64,000 nucleotides of DNA from the NCBI GenBank assembly GCA_030324005.1, contig JARDVH010000106.1, positions 51,614,912 to 51,678,911 of the forward strand, written 5' to 3'. Positions 51,831 to 64,000 of this stretch are shown one piece after another. The stretch's first letter is position 1. The number at the start of each line of letters is the position of its first letter. Origin of the DNA: Negaprion brevirostris (Eukaryota). A program made the translations under genes and the position numbers. The notes below the pieces were generated by a model. It saw nothing but the letters and a program-made list of their open reading frames with translations, made no database searches and was not told where the DNA came from.

Positions 51831-52569
51831 GGCAAGAACTAAACAAAGTATAGAATAAAACTGATCCACAGAAAATCAGGTATATAGTGCTGAAGTGGAG
51901 TGTTTGAAAATTAGTAGCACCCAGGATAATAATACATTATTTTGTATTTTGATAAGCTTCACTGCCATATATTGGCGAAGATTTTAATATACAGATGTCT
52001 TGGTCAACTTAAGAATCTTTACAAATAAAAATGAACAACATTTTTNNNNNNNNNNNNNNNNNNNNNNNNNNNNNNNNNNNNNNNNNNNNNNNNNNNNNNN
52101 NNNNNNNNNNNNNNNNNNNNNNNNNNNNNNNNNNNNNNNNNNNNNNNNNNNNNNNNNNNNNNNNNNNNNNNNNNNNNNNNNNNNNNNNNNNNNNNNNNNN
52201 NNNNNNNNNNNNNNNNNNNNNNNNNNNNNNNNNNNNNNNNNNNNNNNNNNNNNNNNNNNNNNNNNNNNNNNNNNNNNNNNNNNNNNNNNNNNNNNNNNNN
52301 NNNNNNNNNNNNNNNNNNNNNNNNNNNNNNNNNNNNNNNNNNNNNNNNNNNNNNNNNNNNNNNNNNNNNNNNNNNNNNNNNNNNNNNNNNNNNNNNNNNN
52401 NNNNNNNNNNNNNNNNNNNNNNNNNNNNNNNNNNNNNNNNNNNNNNNNAGTAGTCATATCGGTCAGGGAGGCTAGTTGGGTTGGCTCAGAGGGGTAATGG
52501 GGTCAAGTTGTGCTAATCAGTTGAGTAGCACAGGCTGAGTTTGATGGGTATTAAACAGTGTAACATTTC

Positions 52570-52800
52570 CTGAACATCAGAAACAAGAAGTAGGACCAGA
52601 AGGCATATTTAGCCCTTCGAGCCTGCTCCGCCATTCAATTAGATCATGGCTGATCTCCTCCTGGTCTCAAATCCACCTCCCTCGCCTGTTCCCCATATCC
52701 CCCTTTCCTCTTAATTAGGGACATGTCTATTTTTTTCTTTAAACCATACAATGATTCAGACTCCATCACACTACGGGACAGCATGTTCTGTACATCTGGC
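52570..52800 (-). mobile_element. CR1 3' UTR/tail fragment
   Basis: cccttcgagcctgctccgccattcaattagatcatggctgatc. Confidence 0.85.
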
Positions 52801-53132
52801 CCTAATCTCCAATCTGAAATCTAGGTCAGAGATTTCAATGGAGGGCCCCAGCCAGTGTATATCAGCCCATCGGAAGTTTCAACTTCCTGGGCAATTTCAC
52901 CACATATATGTATGTCAGGAATGCCACAGGATCTGACACACATCTCCTAATGTATGTGCCATCATCGATCATCCAGAGATGGAGATTTAGGCCACCATGT
53001 TACATCTATTAATGGCACATATAAGCATTTGGAATTTTTCCTATTGTAGTTGTTAAATTTCATACACTTTTCAGTGCTACAATGTCAGAACTTTATATAA
53101 CAGTCACATTGTTCAGATTAATTTAAGATCAC

Positions 53133-53261
53133 CTGTGCTATGTCAATTTGAGAAAGAACTCTCCCCGCAGATTTGCTCTGACCAACAGCATCTGGACCTT
53201 GGATCCTTCTCTTCATTTCTTCCAAACTGATCTCGTGACTGGTCAACTCAGACTGGATTTT
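53133..53261 (-). CDS. DMD: Dystrophin exon equivalent to human DMD exon 31 (129 bp, phase 0-0): KIQSELTSHEISLEEMKRRIQGPDAVGQSKSAGRVLSQIDIAQ
   Basis: Manual minus-strand translation; acceptor cag|AAAATC, donor CAG|gtgatc. Matches recalled human KIQSDLTSHEISLEEMKK...RVLSQIDVAQ, with 6 extra residues. Not in the ORF track. Confidence 0.95.
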
Positions 53262-56200
53262 CTGTTTAAAAACCAAATGCATTAAGTTAAATAATAATAT
53301 TATTTCAATATTTAAACTATCATTGGGTTAATTACTAGCTCAGATTTCACATAGATTAGACCTAACAAAAAGCACTGATGTTGTCCTTTATCATACTGAT
53401 TCTAACAGCATCACGGCAGCTCCAAGAAACTCCTAGGTAAATCCAAAAGCTGTGATTTTTGCATCTAGAAGCAGCAATAAGTCACCTGTCTCAGTAGTCT
53501 CAACAACCGAACACTGCCACATTTTATGGCTTATATTTTACTCACTGAAGAAGTTACAAAAGTTATAGAAAAGGCAGCAAGAATAAAACAATTGCATTTG
53601 ACTGCCCCAATGATGTTTCAACCTGGAAAATAGATGGAGAGGTTTCCACAGCACTGAAAGCCTTTGGCTATTTAACAGAACCTTCTTGAAGTTGTAATGC
53701 ATCATGTCTAAAGTTCAATTTAGTTGCACCTTGTTGTTGTTCTCAAGATAGATAGATTTGCATTTATATAGCACCTTTTAGATCTCATTACACTCTAAAG
53801 TGCTTTACAACTAATGAAGTAATCCGAAGTGAAAGTCAATGACATGTTATAAAAATAAGTCAGCCAATCTGCACACAGCCATGTTCCACAAAAAAAGTGT
53901 GATAATTCCCTCAAGTCTACTCACCAACAGCCTGCTCAGTTTGTGTCCTGCAGGATCTCTTGATTCTTGACCTTTATACAACTTTAGACTAACCATTGTC
54001 TAGAGGTGAATTCCAGAGCTGTGGGTAACCGCACTTAACATCAAGACAAAATTTGGTCGAGTATAGCATTAAGCAGTCTGAGTAAAATGAAAGCTGATGG
54101 GAATTGTGGGGAAATCTCCATTGGCTGGAACAACTTGACGATTGTACAATATTAAAAGAATAATATGGGTGCAAGTTATTGTTGTAGAATTGCACAAGAC
54201 TATCCAGTTTCACTTCCCATGCCAAACTTGCAGCCAATGCCCAACAACCTGGGCTGGACTCAAATGTGTCTCAAAAATAGGCATGTATGAAAATGAAACT
54301 CCCTGATCCTGTCATTAACTTCCATGATAAAAGCACCTGTCATTAGTCACAAGGATAAGTTGTCCTTTACCATATGGCATGGCCACAGCCATCAAGATAT
54401 TCCTAGAAATATAACATATATTGAGAAGTGCAGTGTATGGGTTAAAAGTTGACAGAGGTCGCTGTAAGGAAGTGTGGGGGTTGGCGGGGCAGTTTACAAC
54501 TTAACAAGCATTGCCTTCCCTGCTGGTTGACATGGGTGAAAATTACAGATATGAATTTTAGGGCTGCAACTTTCTACATGACACTCAAAAAGAACTTGCA
54601 TTTCCAGAAAACAACATAACACATTTCAAATTGGCTGTTGTTGGCTGTTTATAGGATTATGTTCACAGTACATACATCATACATGATATGTTACACATGG
54701 TACAATGCTGCAGTGAGTGAGTTTTGCAAAGTGCCTTGGACTGTGCATGACCCTGAATATATGTTCTGAGAATGACAGTGGCAGCTCATGAATACTTAAC
54801 AACCTGCAAAGATACAATCCAAACCATAGTGCAGGTTTCATACCATCCACATTCATTGAGAGTGGAGAGCTATTAGAATAGTGACAGTGACTTAATAATG
54901 TGCAAATTAATGAATACAGTTTGTGATTTATTTTGCAGTCTGAAGAATAATTCTTGGGGACTCAGTGGATCCTTGTGTTGTTACTTCATCATAAAAGCTT
55001 TCAGCACCAATATATAATCAGCTCCCAGTGCCTGAACTAATACAAGCTTCAATTGGCTAATTATTTTTAATGTAGTTCAAATATTTGTACAGAAAAGCAA
55101 CTGTCAGCAGTGACTAATTAACTTTCCTGTCAGTGATCATTTAACAAGTCCGATTTGATTGTGTATCAGCAAACTGCTTGCCAAAGTTATCTCAAAATCA
55201 GTTTAAAAAAAAATCAATGACAAGAGTCGCTCTTGGACAGAAAATGGAAAAATGCCAAGAGTTTTATCAGGATGAAGTTGGATACAAGTTATTGCTTCGA
55301 TAGCATGTATTCCAAAAGGTATAGAGGGTTTTAGCAAAGGAAGAAGTCATTCAGTCCTCACAGTATTGAATTATGTTCCTCTCAGTGGCTGAGTTTACAC
55401 AGTTCTCAGCAGATTAGACATTAAAAGGGAAAAAAAATGGAGTGGGGGGGGGGGGGGGTGGAGGTTCAAAGTAGGGGTTTTTAATGTGGGATTCACAGAC
55501 AGATAAGTACATTTTTACAAAATTACCTTTCTGGGGATACCCCACCATGGTGCCCTTAATAGATATTGACTAGATCGCTTGTTGATGTGGTTTTCCTGAA
55601 CACAGCTGGGTGTGCACATATGACTATGCAAGGGGTCCAACACCTATTTCAAACATGTCTTCACACTTCAAAACAATTTACACCGATGTGGCAAGCATGC
55701 CAGCTCGTTTTTTTCTTGTCCACTGTAATTGGAAGCTTAGGCAATATTTGAGTGCAAAATAGGGCATGAGTGTCAGATTTTTAGGTCTCATGGGAAAATG
55801 CAAGCCTTAGCCCTTCCTCATAACTCAGACTCTTCAAATCATATCGTCCTGGAAAATTTATGTCACATTTTCTTCAGACTGTTCTATTCTTCCCATTGTG
55901 AGGAGCCTAAAATTGCACACAGCTTGCCATGTGTGACTGAACAATTATTCTGTACAGTCATCATGACCTTTTTTACTTCATATTCAATCCCTCTCGAACT
56001 CTGCAGTCCTCCTACTATGATTTCTGTGCATCTTCCATACCCATTGTCCCCACCATTGGTAGCCTTCAGTTGCATCTCATCTACACTTTGAACTTCCATC
56101 CTAACTCTCTATTTTCCTCTTCCCTCCTTTAAGACTCAGCTTAAAATGTACCATGTTGGCAAAGCTTTTAGTCATCCCTCCTTTGTCTCGGCATCAATTT

Positions 56201-57519
56201 TTGTCTTCTCTAACATGCCTTAGCATGCCTTTCTGCATAAAGATGCTATGTAAATGCAAATCAGTGTTATTTGTTTGGAAACTTGCAGAATTAGAGCTGC
56301 ATAAAACATGCTGAGGAACATGCAGATTTTATTCAACATATAAGACCGTGTTAGAGCTCGTAAAAATATGAGGGCAATTTATATGAAGATACTAATACAT
56401 CATATCAATAATGTTTCCATAGTCTAGAGTTGAATTATATTTTAAGATATCAATGAAGAAGCTAAATAAAAATAACAAATAAATTTCAAGATTTATCATA
56501 TCCTGTTTTATTTTCAATATTTGCCATTTTTAGAGGTATGCATTATTTACAGATTAAGCTATGATTTTGTTTTGAAGGAAAGATCAACCGTTTTAAAATG
56601 TGAACCATAAAATAAGCTCCAATCTGCAACCTGTTGTTCAAGAAGATGATGTAATCAAATTGCAACAAAGGCAAACAGCAGCAGGATCAACATATTCATA
56701 ATCAGAATGTATGTCATTCATGTAAACAACTCTATAGCACTTTCATGTAGCAGTAGTAAAGAAAAGCACTAAGGGCTGTGGGGAATTCTGTTTTGTCACA
56801 TTACTGATCTGTGTACTAAACTCTATTAGTTCGCTAATCAGAGGGAAAGACAATTCTCACTCAGTTTACCACGTGAGAAATATTTCCAATGTCAAGTGAC
56901 ACCAATACAATTTTTCTGTTTCAATGTCATCAAGAATTTTATATCATGTATTGTGTATTGCAGCTCCCTAGTCCCAAGTGGTCCCTGCACCTGGTGAAGT
57001 GTACTGGGATTCAAATTAAAAATCTTTGATCAAGCATGGCAATGTGCCACTTTCACAATATGATGGCAAATTAACACTACCACAATGTCCCCAGATATTA
57101 TAACAGTAAATTAATAGTTAGCTTAAGCTAAGCAGTAATCAGGCATTTCACACACAGTTGCACAGATAGTAGTAGCCTGAATATCAAGGAAAGCAGGGCA
57201 ATGAGGCTGGCAGACTTCCAAACTTATCTACAATAAACTATACAATATCTTTTCAAAGTTTAATACACCTACAAATATCACTGGTACATGGGCATGGATT
57301 TTAATTATTTATTTTGATAATCCTGTTACGAACAGACCATTGAAATGTAATGGCTACTTTTGTGTAAAAACCATGCTAATACAACACATCAAAATTTAAA
57401 TGCAAGGAGTAAATGTTTAATTTTTTAATGAGTTTGTAAATTAATAACTAGTGCATCTCCCCATTCACAGATTAAGGACTCAGCATATGAGCAGATTAAG
57501 GATCAGAATCATTACTTGA

Positions 57520-57648
57520 CGTGGAAAAGCAAACAGCATCTGCAGTACCTATGAAGTGTTAATTTGCTTTGTCTGTGTAGCCCGCAGGAAACAATACTTT
57601 TCACTGTATATTAATACATATGACAATAATAAATCAAATCAAATCAAA
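57520..57648 (+). mobile_element. Rex1/Babar 3' tail with (aaatc)n end
   Basis: acaatacttttcactgtatattaatacatatgacaataataaatcaaatcaaatc is the reverse complement of the terminus at 13770. Confidence 0.75.
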
Positions 57649-57744
57649 AATGTATTGCAGTGCAGTGTCCATGCAGTGGTAAGAAAGTTGGAGTCCATAA
57701 TTTGGAACTATTAGTTCCAAATCCTATTTAATGCCTTAGTTCAA

Positions 57745-58030
57745 AGTTCATTTATTATTGTCACAAATAGGCTTACATTAACACTGCAAAGAAGTTACTA
57801 TGAAAATCCCCAGATAGCACACTCTAGCTCCTGTTCAGGTACACAGAGAGAATTTAGCATGGCCAATGTGCCTAACCAACATGTCTTCTGGACTGTGGGA
57901 GGAAAACAGAGCACCCGGAGGAAACCCATGCCTACAGGGGAGAAGGTACACGTTCTGCACAGACAATGACCCAAGTCGGGAATCAAACCCAGGTCCCTGG
58001 CATTGTGAGGCAGCAATGCGAACCACTGTT
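57745..58030 (-). mobile_element. Full-length V-SINE variant with a Rex1-like tail
   Basis: tRNA head and V-domain as in HE1, but ending ...ctatttgtgacaataataaa. Confidence 0.88.
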
Positions 58031-58459
58031 CTACCTCTAAGCGAGCAGCAAAAAAGTGAGCTACTTCTCTGGAGAAAGGCTGAGTGTAAATGGAACAAAA
58101 ATAGATCAGTGAGTCATTCCGCACATAAATGACTAACAATTTTAAACTAGTAGCCAGGAGCAGGTCACATTTCATAACTGAAGAGTTTATCAAATTTTCA
58201 TTATTAAGAGGCTTAGATTTATCAATTGAAAATTCTAAACCAAGACTAGAGGTGGAAAGAGCATTATTTTTCCCCCAAGATTGATGTGGTAATATTTTGC
58301 ATAGAAGCTGGCATGATAAAAAAACTTTAGTTGTCTGATATGCAATCCTGGAAGATGATGTTCCAGATGAAATGGAGATGCAAGTAATTATCCTCTTCAT
58401 TTTCTTTTAATTTGAAGGATATGACACCTGCATTTTCATACTCATCAAGCTTATTATCA

Positions 58460-58665
58460 GGCGGCCCTGTGGCACTGCTGCCTCACAACACCAGGTCCCA
58501 GGTTGAATTCCGGCCTCGGGTCACTGTCTGAGTGGAATTTGCACTTTAGGATTAGAGGAGAAGGCAAGAAAACAGCACGAGGTGAGCTGCTCTTTCGGAG
58601 AGCTGATGCAGACACAATGGGCCAAATGGCCTCTTATTGCATTGTGACAATTCTGTGATTCAGTG
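58460..58665 (+). mobile_element. V-SINE head joined to a different CR1-type tail
   Basis: Head to about 58545, then ggagagctgatgcagacacaatgggccaaatggcctc. Confidence 0.7.
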
Positions 58666-59844
58666 AAATCTGGTGATATCTGACAACAGAAGCATCATTG
58701 GCAGTTCATCCAAGAAGAAACCATAGTTCCTTCATTCTGTAGCAGTCTGAGGTATTTGCATTATTTGTGGGGAAGCTAACCAACAGGGATAATAATCACT
58801 GCTGACCACACTATTAGAAGCCTGGATATCTCAGCATCTGTTTTTCAGTGTTCATCTTCAATCTCCATCTTCAAGAGAGGTACGTCTTGCAGTTTTGGTG
58901 CGTTGAATGACTACATATAGATGGTAATCGCTATGGATAATATTTCAAATATTAATGTACAAAAGTTGTGGCTGTTCCTAACTTTGCTGTGTGTCATGAT
59001 TGAGAAATTTGAAAGAAATGCCAGGAAAGCTACTTTTGCCATTCTCAGTGTCCTTCAGTGCAGTCATGTGGGATGGATCTGGATGACTGCCTCAATTTAA
59101 CTGACTATCCTTGTGCACCATCTCCCCCATTCCCTACAGCCATGCAATTGACTGCTTCCATACCAAACACTATAAGTTTTTCCTTCGATCCATTTCTTAG
59201 CAAGATCTCCAAACCTTCAATCTCAACAAAAGCAGCATTGATCGTTTATTTCCACTGCATCTTTTAAAATCATTACTAATCTATTTTGTCATAAGCAAGT
59301 TTTGCTTTTAACCATGAACTCCAGCCCTTTAAGAGCAATTGCATGATGGATCTTCACCCAACCCCTGCTCATCAAGTATACTGAGGACAAACTCTTGACT
59401 CATACTTTACAAGTTACACCAATCTATTCAAATTAGATGGAGGATATCCGACTTGGAAATTTAACAGACACTCTGAGCTGGTGGCAAAGGCAAACCGATT
59501 GATACTTGTTGAAAAGTCGGTGACTAGAGGGCTGTTTTTCAACATTACAGTGAACAAATGAACAACCAGTTATGTTATCAACATTAAAACAGTGAAAGTA
59601 ACTTAGTCAATTTATTTTTCTTCTCTATTTATGGAACCATTTGTATTTCTTTCCCCGTCCCTCCAAATAAAAATCTCAAGTTTCACCACTTGTATTATAT
59701 TGTGCACCATCTACCAAAAGTAAAGATCAGGTTTCTACTCAGTGATAAAGTGTATGTGGCACCTTGTTGCAGTTGATACAATTCATATATTAAACCGTTA
59801 AGGAGGTGGATGAAGAGGGACCATCACTGTAGTAGCAAATAAAT

Positions 59845-60025
59845 AAAATTGCCAAATTCCCAGATGATTATAGACTGCTCTTACCTTTGAAGGGAAGAGC
59901 TAACAGGTGGTGATTTAACCTGAGGAAGACCATACCTCAAGCAAGGGACAAGTTTGAGAAGGCGAGCTTTCATCAATAACTTCAGCTGGTATGGGAATTG
60001 AAACTGCACTGTTGCTCTGCATAAC
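59845..60025 (-). mobile_element. Probable tRNA-derived SINE of a further family
   Basis: Minus-strand B-box-like gtttcaattccc followed by an unrelated body. Confidence 0.5.
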
Positions 60026-60067
60026 CAATGCTCTTTCACAATGCCATTAACTCATAATTTAACTCAT

Positions 60068-60390
60068 GGGGCAGCATGGTGACATAGTGGTTAGCACTGC
60101 TGCCATGGACCCAGGTTCAATTCCGGCCTTCGGTGACTGTGTGAAGTTTGCACATTCTCCTCATGTCTGTGTAGATTTCCTTTGGGTGCTCCCGTTTCCT
60201 TCCACAGTCCAAAGATGTGCAAAGAGTTAATTGGCCAAGTTAAATTACCCCTTAGTGTCCCAAGATATGTAGGTTAGGAGAATTAGAAGGGTAAATACAT
60301 ATAGTCACAGGGATAGGCTCTGAGTAAGATGATTCGGCGCAGACTCGATGGACAGAATGGCCTGCTTCTGTATTGTAGGAATCCTATGTT
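60068..60390 (+). mobile_element. HE1-like V-SINE
   Basis: ggggcagcatggtgacatagtggttagcactgctgcc head, V-domain and tail. Confidence 0.9.
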
Positions 60391-61944
60391 AATGGTTTAA
60401 CACTTCAAGCAACAGTGAGTTAAGATGTTCTTTCTTACAAAAGGTAAAGAAAACCAAGAATTGTACTATACAGCAAAAAGGAATGGGATGACAGTCACCT
60501 AAATGTGTGTGTGTTGACACACTCGCTTGCTACCATCTGTGCAAACAAGGTATAAGATCAGAAAGTTGTGAGCTGGTGGGTTTTGCCATTCCAACACATG
60601 GCCATGTCCTTGCTTTTAAAAAAAAACATTTCTTTAAACAAGGACACTGCTGACATGGCCATCTGTCATCAATTCCTAGTTTCTGTGAGAAAACGATAGT
60701 TGGTCTTCTAAGTTTGATATAACTAAATGACTAGCTGGGCCAGTTCAGAGAGCAGTTAAGTGTCAAACATTTTGGATTGGAGTCACAAAAAGCTCTGACG
60801 GAGGGAGTAAGGACATCAGGCCTCCTTTCTTAAAGGGCAACGGTGAAACAGTTACATTTTTAAAACATTTTTGCAGTATCCCACCCCTAATTTAAAACAA
60901 ATTGAATTCAAATTTTCAAACTCTCATGATAGAATTTTAACTCATTTTGCCTGATTAATTAACCCAAGGTTATGGATTATTGGTGCAGTTATACAATCAC
61001 TTATCTAATGTAAGGTGTAACATATTTCAACTGGCTGTATATTGCAATATATTTTAACATTTAACACATTTCAATTTCCACCTTCAGGATTATGTTCATT
61101 ATTAATGTTATTTTTAATTTTAAATGTCCATCAAGAGGAAAACAATTGAGAATGGCTCCCCCGCTGCTTCACATCAGTGTTTCAACCATGGCCATTTCAA
61201 CAAGTAAAGTTCCCCCTCATTGTCCTCAAATAGCACATGCTTCCCAGCCCCCCAGTGTGCATATTTCAACTTTCTACATCGCCATTACAGTATGCTTCGG
61301 AGATTATGCCAATTTAGGCTCAATTTGATCAGAGTAAAAGCCAGTTTTGTTTGGGGACTACATTCAGTGGGAGTTGGTTTGCATTTATTATTCCATAATA
61401 GACCTTTCAAAAAGCATAGAGGAGTGGTGTTCTTCTGAGCAAATTGGAATAGATATGGACCCTGGATGAGAATGTAGTTCTGGTGAGACATCAAAGGAAG
61501 ATCCAAAGAATATAGGATACCACTGGAGTCTAAAGGATTAAAGGATATGTCACTCAGATGTGGTGATTATGTGCTACCAAGAATTGTAGCAAGAGGAAAG
61601 ACTGGGTGGGATGTCGTCCAGAGTCTTGTATTCTTGGGAAGTGATTTAATGGAGGAATGTATAGAATTGTATCAAAGTTCTTCAACACCAAGTGATAATA
61701 GACTTCAAAATAGAGGGTACTGGAGGCAAGTGCCCTGGAATCACAAACAATTTGATGCGGCTGTGAGGTGTGGATAATACTGTGGGACATATCTGGATGG
61801 ATAAAATAGGAGTAATACAGTAACTGTGTGATCAGGCTCGACAGCCCTTTGCAGTTCTTATTGAAACTGCTTAATTTCAGTGTGGGATGGCAATCTCCTG
61901 AAGTTACAGGAATGAGGAAGAAATCTGCATGAGTGATCAGATAT

Positions 61945-62275
61945 GCTGCACAGTGACACAGTGGCTAGCACTGCTGCCTCACGGCACCAGCAACCCGGGT
62001 TCGATTTCCAGCTTGGGCCACTGTCTGTGTGGAGTCTGCACATTCTCCCGTGTCTGTGCGGGTTTCCTCTGGTGCTCTGGTTTCCTCCCACTGTCCAAAG
62101 ATGTGCAGGTTAGTTGGATTGGTCATGCTAAAATTCCCCCGAGTGTCAGAGTAGGATACATGAATGGGGTTATGGGGATAGGGCCTGGGTGGGATTGCGG
62201 TTGGTACAGACTCGATGGGCCGAATGGCCTCCTCCTGCACTGTAGAGTTCTACAATTCTATGTAGGATTCTATGA
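61945..62275 (+). mobile_element. HE1-like V-SINE, well preserved
   Basis: Intact B box gggttcgatttcc, V-domain and CR1-type tail; source of ORFs 61858-62375. Confidence 0.92.
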
Positions 62276-63064
62276 TAAAATGAAAGAGGCAGCTCAGAGA
62301 CCCGGGAAATGGAAGAAAAAATGGATACTGAGATGCGCATGTAACATTTTCACCAGATTAGAGGTCATGCTGTGAACTGAGATGTTGAATGGATATGGAC
62401 GGGGCAAGAAATTATAGATTATGAGCTCATCACAAACTTGGTAACTTTACTCCAATTGTTTAGTCACTTTCAGCAATCGCTTCAAACAACCACAAGGTGG
62501 TGAGCAAAGCACATTCTTGATCACAAATACACCAAGACTAAGTAAATGACAGCCTCAGTCTTTTATTCAAATCAAGAATACTTGCCAAAACTAATTGCTA
62601 CAGTAAAAATTTGTTAGCATCCTTTAATTATTGGGAATTATTGGGAAGTTCAAATCAAAAATTTGCTGAACTGGAATTTAAAGTAATTTATTTTGACTCC
62701 TGTGAATGTTACACTTTGTGTTCATCATTCAATAACAGGAGACACACCTGGGGATGAGAAACAAATCTATTAATTCTTTGAAGGATTATGTAAATTTCCT
62801 CTATAATCCTGTACATGGGGTCACATGATTGAAGAAGAAATTCAAGGTTTTGAGCAAGTAATTGTTTTTACAAAATATTTATTAAAATTTATTCTCTTAA
62901 AAAAGTATAAACCTTGCAAAATTAAATACCTAATATGTTTCTGAAATATCATGTACTGATCTCGAATAAAGAAGTGAAAAAATGCATCTTAAACAGGGAG
63001 GCTGAATGGGTTGCCATTCAGCCACAGTTGCCATTTTGGCTCCACTCTCAATTTGGTGACAGTC

Positions 63065-63190
63065 GTATCAGAGAGTCCCAACAGTGCAGAAAGAGGTCAT
63101 TTGGCCCATCGACTCCCATATCCCCATAACCCCACACTTTAGCATGGCCAAACAACTTCACCTGCACATCTTTGGACTGTGGTAAGAAAG
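63065..63190 (-). mobile_element. Internally deleted HE1-like V-SINE fragment
   Basis: ctgcacatctttggactgtgg and ggcccatcga. Confidence 0.75.
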
Positions 63191-63849
63191 CAACATGAAA
63201 TAATGGACACTATTCTCTCAAAAGAATTTCTGGACAGTCAGGTGACCTCTGTAATTTCTGGACAGGGACAATAACTTTGGGAAGTTACTTAAAAATGCAA
63301 ATGGATTTTCTGGTGCAAAATTATTACTCTTCAGCATTTCAATGGAAGGGAATTAAAAGTCAATGGCTACCAGACGTGTCTGCATCATGAAGGTGGAATA
63401 TCAAATAATGCCTTTCATGGGACACGTCAAAACTACCTTCACATAATTAAAACTAGCAGGAGAAGGGACAATGTCTTACAATTCTACAAGAGAATCCAGC
63501 AAGGCATTCTTGGACCAGCAGCACAGAAGAATCAGCCCCAACAAAAATAAAACCCTCGTTCTAAAGGATAATCATCACTGGCAGTGAAACAGCCTAATTT
63601 GTTCTCACTCGCAAGATTATATTTCTTTTCAACAGAAGCTCAGCCACAAGATTGTGTGAACCAGGAGAGAAAATCCTCCAAGCCTGCAATGCTGAAACCT
63701 GAAAGGACTGTCTGATGATATGCGACTTGTTTCTTATTACTAGTTTAGTAATCTATCTGCCTGTTTTGTTTTTAAACTCATCTTTTCTTGTGTATGTGCA
63801 CCTGTGTTGTTTGAGGGACTTGGTTGTATTTATATTGTGAATGGATTTA

Positions 63850-64000
63850 ATTTTTTTTTTACAGGATGTGTGTCGCTCTAGGCCATCATTTATTGCCCAT
63901 TCCTAGTTGCCCTTGAGAAGGTGGTGGTGAGCTGCCTTGAGTTCCTGCAACGCAGGTACCATAGTGCTGTTAGAGAGAGAATTCCAGGGTTCCGACCCAG
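63850..64000 (-). mobile_element. 3' end of the second CR1-like LINE family, continues out of the window
   Basis: catttattgcccattcctagttgcccttgagaaggtggtggtgagc is the reverse complement of the 20330-20430 tail. Confidence 0.8.

Noticed and set aside
24975-53261. Calling the gene utrophin or DRP2
   Set aside because: Exons 31 and 34 carry dystrophin-type residues (TSHEISLEEMK, RVLSQID, LTEWLAATD, RSAVEGMP), and DRP2 lacks this part of the rod.
57798-58400. 200-aa ORF (also 61929-62375 and 15678-16375)
   Set aside because: Chance open frames through SINE or GC-rich MITE sequence.
1-64000. Prokaryotic-style novel system (operon, CRISPR, defence island)
   Set aside because: The sequence is vertebrate intronic DNA with no intact multi-gene cluster or spaced repeat array.

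Overview
Eukaryotic, repeat-rich, gapped genomic DNA, most likely from a shark: it carries HE1-like V-SINEs, CR1, Rex1/Babar, L2 and Penelope-like retroelements and Deu-domain SINEs. The whole window appears to lie inside a dystrophin (DMD) gene on the minus strand. Four coding exons are visible, equivalent to human DMD exons 31 (53133-53261), 32 (43206-43379), 33 (41832-41987) and 34 (24975-25145). All are phase 0-0 with canonical AG/GT ends and encode rod-domain spectrin repeats of about R10-R12. Exons 30 and 35 were not found. The rest is intron, largely decayed transposable elements, several of them nested. I found no intact novel protein-coding system, and almost all entries in the ORF track are spurious, TE relics or gap artefacts. 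The most notable observations are: a utrophin-length exon 31 and utrophin-like residues in an otherwise clear dystrophin; a Penelope-borne minimal hammerhead ribozyme on the pre-mRNA strand; a possible internal first exon in intron 31; an LTR-created pseudo-exon; a 79-bp duplication next to a Helitron-like terminus; and SINE tails matching three different LINE families. Human protein comparisons and TE family assignments are from memory, not from database searches, and TE boundaries are approximate.
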